Source: Deltaproteobacteria bacterium UBA5756 (GTDB lineage: Bacteria; Desulfobacterota; Syntrophorhabdia; Syntrophorhabdales; Syntrophorhabdaceae). From it: a stretch of 64,000 bases of DNA. Positions within the stretch are counted from its first letter, which is position 1. Every line of letters begins with the position of its first letter. Both the position numbers and the translations under genes were made by a program. Of the stretch, positions 45,205 through 53,177 are shown in pieces. The notes beneath the pieces are model-generated. The model worked only from the letters and a program-made list of their open reading frames with translations, searched no databases and was not told where the DNA came from. The stretch spans positions 1,822-65,821 of the forward strand of contig DIFE01000081.1 of NCBI GenBank assembly GCA_002418985.1. Direction: 5' to 3'.

Positions 45205-45960
45205 CTACCTGCCCTCAAGGGCCCGGCGCATCTCGCCCTGGGACATAACGGCAAGGATCTCCGATTGGAGCATGGTGTTGTAATAGGCGAGCTTCGCCAG
45301 ATCCTTGACGGCTTGATCGGACTTGGCGCTGTCGATGCAGGCCGGATCGAATGAAGACAACTCCTTGTGAAACCGTGCGGCTACAAACGCACCCTCCGCC
45401 GCCTTTTCATAGGCTGCAACGGACGCCTGATTGAAAGTGTCGCGAAGCTTCACTGTCGCGTATTCCGCTGTCGTGAAATGCTTCATCTTGTCGGTACCTC
45501 CACCGGGAGGCCCGGCCAGCAGGATGGACACCTCGCGGACCTTTTTCTGGAATTCCCCGAAGTCGGAATTGACCGACGGGATGGTTACCGGCGTCTTGCT
45601 CTTCGCGGCCTCGGCAAAGTACTTGCCGTCGGCTTTCGAGAAAGCCCCGGTATTGTTCTTCATGTATTGCGATATCATCCGGTCCGTGTATGAAGACATG
45701 TTGTACTTGACGAAAGAGACGGCCTTTGTATTGATCATTCCCGGCTCGAGTTTGATCTTCACCTCCTCGTTCCATACCGACTTGATCTTGTCGGTGATTC
45801 CCTGAGTGACCGTCTTCTGGATCATGTTCATAAGAGCGGGAAAGTTGACAACCTGCACCGCGGTGCCGTAGGCGCTGGTGACAAGCCCGAAAATGATCAT
45901 TACCCCGCAGATCACCCTCCCGGTTTTCATACCAAAAAACATTCGCAGTCCGTCTTTCAT
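45205..45960 (-). CDS. Secreted alpha-helical protein, paralogue 1 of the triad
   Basis: RBS GGAGGA 6 nt upstream; signal peptide; C-terminal SFDPACIDSAKSDQAVKDLAKLAYYNTML. Confidence 0.45.
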   Translation of the reverse strand: MKDGLRMFFGMKTGRVICGVMIIFGLVTSAYGTAVQVVNFPALMNMIQKTVTQGITDKIKSVWNEEVKIKLEPGMINTKAVSFVKYNMSSYTDRMISQYMKNNTGAFSKADGKYFAEAAKSKTPVTIPSVNSDFGEFQKKVREVSILLAGPPGGGTDKMKHFTTAEYATVKLRDTFNQASVAAYEKAAEGAFVAARFHKELSSFDPACIDSAKSDQAVKDLAKLAYYNTMLQSEILAVMSQGEMRRALEGR

Positions 45961-46063
45961 ACTTTGTCCTCCGTATTATCTAATAGCCTCCGTGACAGGA
46001 ATCCTGTTAAGACGGCAGTGATAAAATTGCCGGAGGCTGCAGGCCATCATCCTCGAGCGAACG

Positions 46064-46300
46064 ATGCTACTCAGTCACATAGTTAATTCCGGAGGCAAGA
46101 ATGAGAGATCATGGGATGACAGCGGAGGTTTTTTAACCGCCTTTAAAACATTGTCCAGAAAAGAACAGGGCATCTTCTTTGCGGAGATTATCAAAAACAA
46201 GCGATTACGCGAAGATCTTGTAGATATCGCTATTGCAGAGAGCAGGAAAAAGCATAAGAGCAGGCCTTTTCGCAAGTTTATCAAGGAGCATACGGGGTAG
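46064..46300 (+). CDS. Possible antitoxin remnant
   Basis: A short ORF immediately upstream of, and abutting, a RelE-like ORF. The start codon is uncertain. Confidence 0.35.
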   Translation: MLLSHIVNSGGKNERSWDDSGGFLTAFKTLSRKEQGIFFAEIIKNKRLREDLVDIAIAESRKKHKSRPFRKFIKEHTG

Positions 46301-46647
46301 TGGGATATATCATTGAAATTGTCCCAGGAGCCGAAGAAGAATACCTCAAGCTCCCAGGTTCCATTCAATCAAGAATCAAACAAAATATTCTTTCCCTTGA
46401 AACCAACCCAAGGCCGATCGGCTCCAGGAAATTGCGCGAAAGTTCTTACTACAGGATCCGCACGGGGGACTCCAGATGTTTTCTATCCCAACGTTCTTCC
46501 TGGATACCGGCCTGCGCCGGTATGACGAGAAAAACCAGATGCAACAGAAAACAGTCTTTATCAACAACCCTTGAGACTCTGAAACTGTCTTTCCTGGGTG
46601 AACTATTTTTCATGACAGACCGCTGCGGTGAATACCAACCACATTAA
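46300..46647 (+). pseudogene. RelE/ParE-family toxin remnant, truncated where a REP-like element begins
   Basis: The first ~57 aa look RelE-like (IEIVPGAEEEYLKLP...ILSLETNPRPIGSRKL...YYRIRTGD). The conserved (Y)R(V/I)IY...H/R C-terminal half is then replaced by ...SSWIPACAGMT..., the translation of repeat 46502-46527. Confidence 0.5.
46502..46527. repeat. REP-like palindromic element
   Basis: ggataccggcctgcgccggtatgacg. Its reverse complement aligns with 21348-21373. Confidence 0.6.
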
Positions 46648-46656
46648 CCGCAATAT

Positions 46657-47781
46657 GTGCGGATATTGAACGTTTACATTCACGAATTACCCGATTGGCC
46701 CCATTTTTTCTGGGACGAGAAACGTTTATCACGTCCGCTCGGACTGGTCCGCCACAGGCAGGGAAGGCTTATCGGCCGGATGGAGACCCTCGGCTTCCCT
46801 CTCCGTACCGAGGCCGTTTTGCGCACACTGACACTGGACGTTGTGAAGTCAAGTGAGATCGAGGGAGCGCTGCTCGACAAGGCTGAGGTGCGATCATCCA
46901 TTGCCCGGCGACTTGGTGTCGATATTGGCGATACGGTGCCCGCGAGCCGGAACGTGGAGGGCGTTGTAGAGATGATGCTGGATGCCACGCAAAACTACGA
47001 TAAGCCCTTGATCAAAGAAAGGTTGTTCGCCTGGCACGCCTCTCTCTTCCCCGCTGGCCGAAGCGGGATGAACGCAATCAAAGTGAGCGCCTGGCGTGAC
47101 GACAGCAAAGGCCCGACGCAGGTCGTTTCAGGACCCCTTGGCCACGAACGGGTCCATTTTGAAGCCCCCGTTGCCAGCCGGCTGGAAAGGGAAATGACGG
47201 CCTTTCTCGACTGGCTCAATGCGGATGACGGCACGGATGCGGTCTTGCGGGCGGGAATAGCCCATCTCTGGTTCGTAACTATCCACCCCTTCGATGACGG
47301 CAATGGCCGCATCGCGCGCGCCATCGCCGATATGATCCTTGCCCGTTCAGAGGAAAGCTCGCAGCGTTTTTACAGCATGTCAGCACAGATCCGCAGCGAG
47401 CGCGACACCTATTATGAAAGATTGGAGGAGGCGCAGCAGGGAACGCTGGATATCACAAAGCACCTGGAATGGTTTCTTGAGTGCCTTAACCACGCCTTTG
47501 ACAGCGTGGAGAGCACAGTTGGTACCATCCTCAATAAGGCCCGTTTCTGGGACTCCCACGCGGGAGCGGCCTTCAATGACCGGCAGCGGATGATGTTGAA
47601 CAGACTCCTTGAAGATTTTGAAGGGAAGCTGACATCAACGAAATGGGCGAAACTGGCAAAATGCTCCCAGGATACGGCACTGCGCGATATCCTTGGCCTC
47701 GTCGGGAGCGGGATCCTGACGAAAGACCCCGGCGGCGGTCGCAGTACCAGCTACTCTCTTAAGAGCGACATAGACCGGTAA
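46657..47781 (+). CDS. Fic-family protein (DUF4172-type N-terminus)
   Basis: Fic motif HPFDDGNGRIAR and an N-terminal inhibitory-helix motif SSEIEG (S/TxxxE[G/N]); GTG start. Confidence 0.85.
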   Translation: MRILNVYIHELPDWPHFFWDEKRLSRPLGLVRHRQGRLIGRMETLGFPLRTEAVLRTLTLDVVKSSEIEGALLDKAEVRSSIARRLGVDIGDTVPASRNVEGVVEMMLDATQNYDKPLIKERLFAWHASLFPAGRSGMNAIKVSAWRDDSKGPTQVVSGPLGHERVHFEAPVASRLEREMTAFLDWLNADDGTDAVLRAGIAHLWFVTIHPFDDGNGRIARAIADMILARSEESSQRFYSMSAQIRSERDTYYERLEEAQQGTLDITKHLEWFLECLNHAFDSVESTVGTILNKARFWDSHAGAAFNDRQRMMLNRLLEDFEGKLTSTKWAKLAKCSQDTALRDILGLVGSGILTKDPGGGRSTSYSLKSDIDR

Positions 47782-47841
47782 CTGTCTAAAAAACAGCTGC
47801 AAAAATACCGCCAGGGGTCCGCATGGTATCGAGAAGAAGTC

Positions 47842-48072
47842 TCATTCCTCATACTCGCAAAGGATCGATTCGGGCAATGGTTCGTCGAAATCCTTTTCGA
47901 TTCTGACTTTACCCTTTACCGTTCCTGCAACCCGCTCATGGGCTTTCTCCCGGATGGGACCGAGGCGGGCTACCGGTGTCCCCGCCCTCGCAATAGTAAT
48001 CTCTTCGCCGCCTTCCACCCGGCTCTGCAACTCCGACAATCTCGTCTTGGCATCATGTACATTCACTTTCAT
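47842..48072 (-). CDS. Phd/YefM-type antitoxin, orphan
   Basis: MKVNVHDAKTRLSELQSRVEGGEEITIARAGTPVARL. There is no room for a toxin ORF downstream (60 bp to the convergent fic gene). Confidence 0.7.
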   Translation of the reverse strand: MKVNVHDAKTRLSELQSRVEGGEEITIARAGTPVARLGPIREKAHERVAGTVKGKVRIEKDFDEPLPESILCEYEE

Positions 48073-48163
48073 AAACCCATGATAGGCTAAGCAATGGACT
48101 AAGCCAAGGTTCGTTACCTCCTGTCCCTGGCATTTTCTTGCTGTTTCCTGACTCCCGCTCTTT

Positions 48164-49255
48164 TCACTCCTGCATAAACAGAGCAGGATCGTTAGTTGCC
48201 TTGCGGGCGCCGGACTCCTCCACCTCGCCGGAATCGACGAGAACCCTCAGGCTCTGGTTGAGAGTCCAACCTATCTTCCCGCTTCTTTGCTGCCGGCGCA
48301 GAAGGTCGTATTTGCCCCTCAGCAGCAATTCCCGGGTGGCCGCGTCCTTCGTGTCCAGGAATTCCGTGGCAAGGGCCAGCCGGTCCCTCTGACGGCGGGA
48401 CCCCGCCGTCGGCACCAGTACCTGCACCATTACGGCGAGCAGCACGTCCGCTAGTTCCCGGATCATCCATTCCTGTTTCTCCACGGGGAACATCGACGCT
48501 ATCCTTGAGGGAACCTGTGTTGCCATGAGCGTGTGTATCGTCGTAAACACAAGATGTCCCGTTTTGGCCGCCTGAATTGCCGCCGATGCTGTTTCGGGGT
48601 CCCTGACCTCACCCACCAGGATCACGTCGGGCCTCTGACGCATTGCCGCCCTCAGCGCCCGTTCGAAGGACAGTGTCGTGGTCCCCACCTCCCGCTCGAT
48701 GATGTTGCCCATCCCCTCGGGAATGTCGTATTCGATAGGATCTTCTATGGTGATGCAGTTGAGGCACCTTGACTTCACAAGGTATGCGATGATGGATGCA
48801 AGGGTCGTCGATTTGCCGCTGCCTGTCGGACCGGCAATGAAGATGATGCCGCCCCCCGAACTTTCAAGGACCAGACGGAGAAGGTCACTGGGAATCCCTA
48901 GATTGACGGGGTTTGGGTCCACCGTCTTGAGGCGCCTCATGACTATGGAAACCCCTTTTTTCGTCAGGCACAGGTTGACACGAAACCTGACCGTCGTCTT
49001 TTCTTTACCGGTGCCCGTTTGCCTGGTATAGGAGAGGTCTTTCTCCTCCCGGTCGTAGAGCTGGGCCCTGGCACCGGAAACCTTGAGGATTCTTTCTATG
49101 GCTTCATCTATCTCGTATCCTTGGGGCACTGCGTGATCGGCGGCGGCCATCCGTCCATGGACCCTCAGGAATAGCGGACTCTCCGACTGGATGTAGATAT
49201 CGGAGGCATCCTCCCGGATTGCCGCATCGATTATTTCATCAAGAAAATTGTCCAT
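48164..49255 (-). CDS. PilT/DotB-like hexameric secretion ATPase
   Basis: Walker A GPTGSGKST, VGEVRDPET, TTIHT; 363 aa. Confidence 0.8.
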   Translation of the reverse strand: MDNFLDEIIDAAIREDASDIYIQSESPLFLRVHGRMAAADHAVPQGYEIDEAIERILKVSGARAQLYDREEKDLSYTRQTGTGKEKTTVRFRVNLCLTKKGVSIVMRRLKTVDPNPVNLGIPSDLLRLVLESSGGGIIFIAGPTGSGKSTTLASIIAYLVKSRCLNCITIEDPIEYDIPEGMGNIIEREVGTTTLSFERALRAAMRQRPDVILVGEVRDPETASAAIQAAKTGHLVFTTIHTLMATQVPSRIASMFPVEKQEWMIRELADVLLAVMVQVLVPTAGSRRQRDRLALATEFLDTKDAATRELLLRGKYDLLRRQQRSGKIGWTLNQSLRVLVDSGEVEESGARKATNDPALFMQE

Positions 49256-49287
49256 TCGTTATTTCCGTATTTTTCCGGCAAAACCCT

Positions 49288-49608
49288 TCACCTGCAGCGC
49301 AGCCACTCGGTGCCGAGGAGATATGCCAGGTAGCGCCTGAGTACTCCGGACCGGCTGTATCCCCGCTGCCCCAACTCTTCCTTTCTTTTTCTGCGCGCAA
49401 AGATATACAGTGCCACGGACCCCGAGATACCCGTCGTAATCACGAAGACGCCGATTCCCTCCGAGATGTATGACAGGATGGATGCGATGCCGTTGCCGAG
49501 CATCGCCGGGCAAATGCAGACCAGGAGGTCTTCCAGGGATATATTGAGCCTCGGGACAATTATGGCGCTGTTTATATTTTGATAGTCATGTCTCGATTCC
49601 GGACCCAC
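49288..49608 (-). CDS. Small membrane protein
   Basis: One or two TM segments (GIGVFVITTGISGSVALYIF) followed by a basic tail; start uncertain. Confidence 0.35.
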   Translation of the reverse strand: MGPESRHDYQNINSAIIVPRLNISLEDLLVCICPAMLGNGIASILSYISEGIGVFVITTGISGSVALYIFARRKRKEELGQRGYSRSGVLRRYLAYLLGTEWLRCR

Positions 49609-49614
49609 GGTGGT

Positions 49615-49992
49615 CTACCCGGCGCTGGCCGTCATCGTTGCCTTGATGATCCCGAGGATGGCGGAGGTCGATACCAGGCACCCTCCGAAAGCGACTTTCT
49701 TCCACGCACCCTGCGCACCCTGGGGGTTGCCGTCTCTGTTGGCCATCATGACAAAACCCCATACGATGAGGCCTGTTCCGGCGCAAAAGGAGATCGCCAG
49801 CAGGCCGTACATGATTATATTCGCAAGATTGCTCAGGAACTCACCGGCATCCGTGGTCTCCTGGGCCCACCTGCTTTCGTTGAACGTCTGCGCCCAGCTG
49901 TCTGTGACAGACAAAACCGTGCACAACGAAGACAGTGCGACAAAAGAATACTCCAAAAGCCGATCCTTCCCTGTTTCTGCTTTTTCCAGCAT
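49615..49992 (-). CDS. VirB2/TrbC-like pilin candidate
   Basis: The start was moved to the ATG at 49992 (RBS AAGGAG). It has a signal-like N-terminus ending SWA/QT, then two hydrophobic helices separated by a short polar loop, and is about 125 aa. Confidence 0.45.
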   Translation of the reverse strand: MLEKAETGKDRLLEYSFVALSSLCTVLSVTDSWAQTFNESRWAQETTDAGEFLSNLANIIMYGLLAISFCAGTGLIVWGFVMMANRDGNPQGAQGAWKKVAFGGCLVSTSAILGIIKATMTASAG

Positions 49993-49996
49993 GGTA

Positions 49997-50476
49997 CTAA
50001 TTTCTCCTTTCTTTCGTGAGTATGTCGCTGAACATGGCCCGTTCGTCGTCAGACTGGAAATAGATGTCACCCCTATCGAAGGAAAGGCCTCCATAGAGGT
50101 GTCTTTCCACGGTTACTTTGAAAACCCAGGATACATACCCGACAAGGGCAAAGCTGACAACCAGTTGAATCATAGCCATGACGCTGAGGCCCGCCAGGCC
50201 ACCCCCGTGGATCTTGAGTGCTGTGCCGCAGCCGCCGGCGCAGAAGGCCATAAGAAGAAGGAAAAGACCCCCCATCTTCATCCACGTCGCAATCTTTTTT
50301 TCACCGGACATGAGAGGAGCGCACCGCCCGAGCTCCACCTCCTGTCTCTTGCCGTCGGCAGTCTCGAAGACCAAACTTCCCGCACCCTCTCCCTCGCGCT
50401 GATGAATCACTATCTTTCTCTGAACAGGTACGGGAATCCTTTCGTCAAGCTTGCCCGGCAAGTACCTGACCAACAT
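49997..50476 (-). CDS. Membrane protein, function unknown
   Basis: A soluble N-terminal ~60 aa is followed by 2-3 TM segments. Confidence 0.4.
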   Translation of the reverse strand: MLVRYLPGKLDERIPVPVQRKIVIHQREGEGAGSLVFETADGKRQEVELGRCAPLMSGEKKIATWMKMGGLFLLLMAFCAGGCGTALKIHGGGLAGLSVMAMIQLVVSFALVGYVSWVFKVTVERHLYGGLSFDRGDIYFQSDDERAMFSDILTKERRN

Positions 50477-50488
50477 GTAAATTGCCTC

Positions 50489-51139
50489 CTACTCGACCCT
50501 GATCGGCTGACGCCCGAGCTTACGATAAAAACCCATGGCTCCGTCGCATTTCAGTTTGAAGGTCTTTGCGATGACCGCCCATTTTCCGCCGTCCCCATGG
50601 GGAGCGATGGTTACGAACACGTCGTCGGGCTTTGGGGACGTGCCCAGGAATGAAAAGGCCTCCGCCTCCGTTGAAAAGGAATCGACCAGAAAATAACAGA
50701 AATTGGCCCGGTCCTTGCTGAGCCAGTCTCCACCCGAATCGTCGGAGACGAACCGGGGCGGCGACACTATCTTCCATACCAGCGTCGGCGCCGAATAGCT
50801 GCTCCCGTCCTGGCTAATCTTTGCGGGATTATAAATGAGGCTGACCTGTGCCGGCAAGATGGCACCGCCTTTCGTCAACTCCAGATAGAGGAGCTCATCA
50901 CGGTAACTTCGGACAAAATCCCTCAGTCGTGTCTCCAACTCCTGCCTGCACAGGTTCCTACCTTCCCTTCTGCCTTCCTGCCTGCCCTCTTCCCTGGCAA
51001 TGCGGATCGATTCCGATTCGATCACATCTTCCGGCACCGCCCGGATGGTGGGAGCACACGCACCCGCAGCCAGCAGGATTCCTGCCAGGGTAATGACATT
51101 GACGAGCGAAAGCGAAAGACTTTTCTTTTTCATCATCAC
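50489..51139 (-). CDS. Probable lipoprotein of the T4SS array
   Basis: N-terminus KKKSLSLSLVNVITLAGILLAAGAC is lipobox-like but not canonical. Confidence 0.5.
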   Translation of the reverse strand: MMMKKKSLSLSLVNVITLAGILLAAGACAPTIRAVPEDVIESESIRIAREEGRQEGRREGRNLCRQELETRLRDFVRSYRDELLYLELTKGGAILPAQVSLIYNPAKISQDGSSYSAPTLVWKIVSPPRFVSDDSGGDWLSKDRANFCYFLVDSFSTEAEAFSFLGTSPKPDDVFVTIAPHGDGGKWAVIAKTFKLKCDGAMGFYRKLGRQPIRVE

Positions 51140-51408
51140 CTGTCCCCATTCCCTTGCCTTCTCATGTCATCGACGACCACACCGCGGGTCTTTCGAGGTG
51201 GCTCGTCCTGCCGGTACTGATAGGGATAGCCGACTGAGAAGGACTTCACGAAGGCGATCTGCCTTGCAAGGACACTTACCAGGACGGAAGACGGGATGTC
51301 CGGAGGATTGTCGCGTGCCTCCTCAGCCGTGAGCACCGTCCCGGCGCCGCATATGAGCGCGATAAGGGCGATGCAGCAGCTAACGCGCGTTAGTGAACGT
51401 CTTGCCAT
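51136..51408 (-). CDS. Small secreted hypothetical protein
   Basis: Signal-like N-terminus; 4-nt overlap with the downstream gene. Confidence 0.3.
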   Translation of the reverse strand: MARRSLTRVSCCIALIALICGAGTVLTAEEARDNPPDIPSSVLVSVLARQIAFVKSFSVGYPYQYRQDEPPRKTRGVVVDDMRRQGNGDR

Positions 51409-52228
51409 CCCCTACCCTCCTCACGGTTATTTCGCGGTCTCTCGAAGCCACTACGCTCGTCCCGTTGCCAAGATCCACACAAAATTCATGACCGCCGACA
51501 GGCATCACTTTTCCGGCGATCATGAAGACGTGAAGTTCGGGCCCGGACAGCTTCATCATCCTGATAAAGGGATAGGCCGCGAGCTCTGTCAGGGACGGCG
51601 ACCTGCCCTCGAGAAGGATGTCCTCGGCGGTACCCTTTTCAGGGATGCGCCGGGTCGTGATGACACGCACCATCGCATCCGTCAGGTCCACCCCGGCGCC
51701 CAGGCTCCCCCGCTTTATATTAACGGTAAGATCGGCCTCGCCCGATGCCCCGTCCTCGACAAGAACATAGTGGTGCGGCACCGGTTCACCCTGTGATCTT
51801 TCGAAGACGACAATATTAGTTGATTTGAATTCACTCACCGGAAAGATGACGAGCGAATTGCCTTTTGTTTCGACGGTGAATTTCTCCCGCGCACCGATGG
51901 CAATATCATCGACAGTGAAAACGTAGGGGAGGTTGATAACGGTTCCGTACCCGTATGCAAGATGAATTCTGGGCACGACCCCGGGGACTTCACCGATGTC
52001 GCGCACCCTCATGCGGGACAGTTCCCGGTCTTTCTCGATGAGCGGCTTCAGACGCTGCACCTTCTCCTTGATCTCGCGAATATCCTCTTCGGGAAGATCG
52101 AAGGGAGGGATAGTTATCTGTGTCTCCGCCGGCTGTTTCCGGGCCTCCGCCATCTGGTCCGTTGCCGCGTCAGTTGCCGGCAGGTTCAGAAAAACGAACA
52201 ATATACAGACCGAAAGGGTTCTCCACAC
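51380..52228 (-). CDS. VirB9/TraK/DotH-like outer-membrane core protein
   Basis: Signal peptide. The pattern IHLAYGYGTVINLPYVFTVDDIAIGAREKFTVETKGNSLVIFPVSEFKSTNIVVFE...HHYVLVE matches the VirB9/TraK N-domain consensus as I recall it. Confidence 0.55.
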   Translation of the reverse strand: MWRTLSVCILFVFLNLPATDAATDQMAEARKQPAETQITIPPFDLPEEDIREIKEKVQRLKPLIEKDRELSRMRVRDIGEVPGVVPRIHLAYGYGTVINLPYVFTVDDIAIGAREKFTVETKGNSLVIFPVSEFKSTNIVVFERSQGEPVPHHYVLVEDGASGEADLTVNIKRGSLGAGVDLTDAMVRVITTRRIPEKGTAEDILLEGRSPSLTELAAYPFIRMMKLSGPELHVFMIAGKVMPVGGHEFCVDLGNGTSVVASRDREITVRRVGDGKTFTNAR

Positions 52229-52859
52229 TGCGTGCTCCTTTGTACAACTTTATCTCGTATGTTTTCATTTTGAGGTCTTCGCCGGATGCCTCTTCTCCGA
52301 CAACGCGAACGGCGTTGAGTCGCACCGAGACGAGAATGACGGCTTCCCTGCCGCGTATCTTCGAATCTTTCAAGGCATTCCACTGTGCGGTGACGATAAC
52401 CTTCTGATCCGACAGGGACTTGAGGTAATTGTCCCGGTACGGCTCGTAGAACGCCTTGAAAGAGGCAGGGTCAAAGCGCTTCGATACCCGGCCCATCCGG
52501 CTGGTAAAATCACCCTGCGACTTCACCTCAACGTACGTCCACCCGAGGATGTCCCTGATCGCATCCCGGCAGAAGATCTCAAGCTCCGGCCAATGGATCC
52601 TGTCGGGATCATCGACACGGACCAGGGATGGCCTGCCGGCGGCATCCATGAAAACGATCTTGTCCTTTCCTTTTCCGGCAGCCACTATGACAATCGATGC
52701 TATCGCCATGACGATGCCGAGGATCACCGCCGCCGCGGAAATGACAAGAAGCGCCCGGGAGGTAAGCCTGAGCCCCCTGAATATGCCCACTTCTATGGCA
52801 AGGGCCTGCATGCCGTCTTTCACGGTCCGTTTTTGTTTCTCCTTGTTGAATACCGTCAT
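52170..52859 (-). CDS. VirB8/TraE/DotI-like bitopic protein
   Basis: An N-terminal TM (ALLVISAAAVILGIVMAIASIVIVAA) is followed by a ~160-aa periplasmic domain ending ENPFGLYIVRF. Confidence 0.5.
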   Translation of the reverse strand: MTVFNKEKQKRTVKDGMQALAIEVGIFRGLRLTSRALLVISAAAVILGIVMAIASIVIVAAGKGKDKIVFMDAAGRPSLVRVDDPDRIHWPELEIFCRDAIRDILGWTYVEVKSQGDFTSRMGRVSKRFDPASFKAFYEPYRDNYLKSLSDQKVIVTAQWNALKDSKIRGREAVILVSVRLNAVRVVGEEASGEDLKMKTYEIKLYKGARSVENPFGLYIVRFSEPAGN

Positions 52860-52908
52860 CCATCTCCTGCTATATGATAAATAGCGCCACGGAAAGGTTT
52901 ATGGACCC

Positions 52909-53163
52909 ATGACCGAATTAATCACGAAACTGATCGGCAACGCGCAGACCATGGTCTCCCCCATGATGCCCGTGCTGGGAACCTACCTCATCATCCGGGG
53001 TCTCATACGCCTCGCGAACGGCAATGACGCCGCCAAAGGAGGGGCGGGCGGGGGGAAAATGATCCTCATCGGGTCCTTCCTGACGTGCTATAAACTGACA
53101 TCCTGGATCGTTATCACCACGCTCACACGATGCGGCCTTGGTCTCGGCAGTGCCGGTCTTTAA
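52909..53163 (+). CDS. Small two-TM membrane protein encoded opposite to the array
   Basis: The plus frame has strongly G/C-biased third codon positions by hand count. The overlapping minus-strand ORF 52918-53181 does not, and has a TTG start. Confidence 0.35.
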   Translation: MTELITKLIGNAQTMVSPMMPVLGTYLIIRGLIRLANGNDAAKGGAGGGKMILIGSFLTCYKLTSWIVITTLTRCGLGLGSAGL

Positions 53164-53177
53164 GCGGTCTAAGTCGG

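Noticed and set aside
49610-50653. 347-aa plus-strand ORF
   Set aside because: It is antisense to three small minus-strand genes that have RBSs, signal/TM features and operon-consistent spacing. Its composition is not protein-like.
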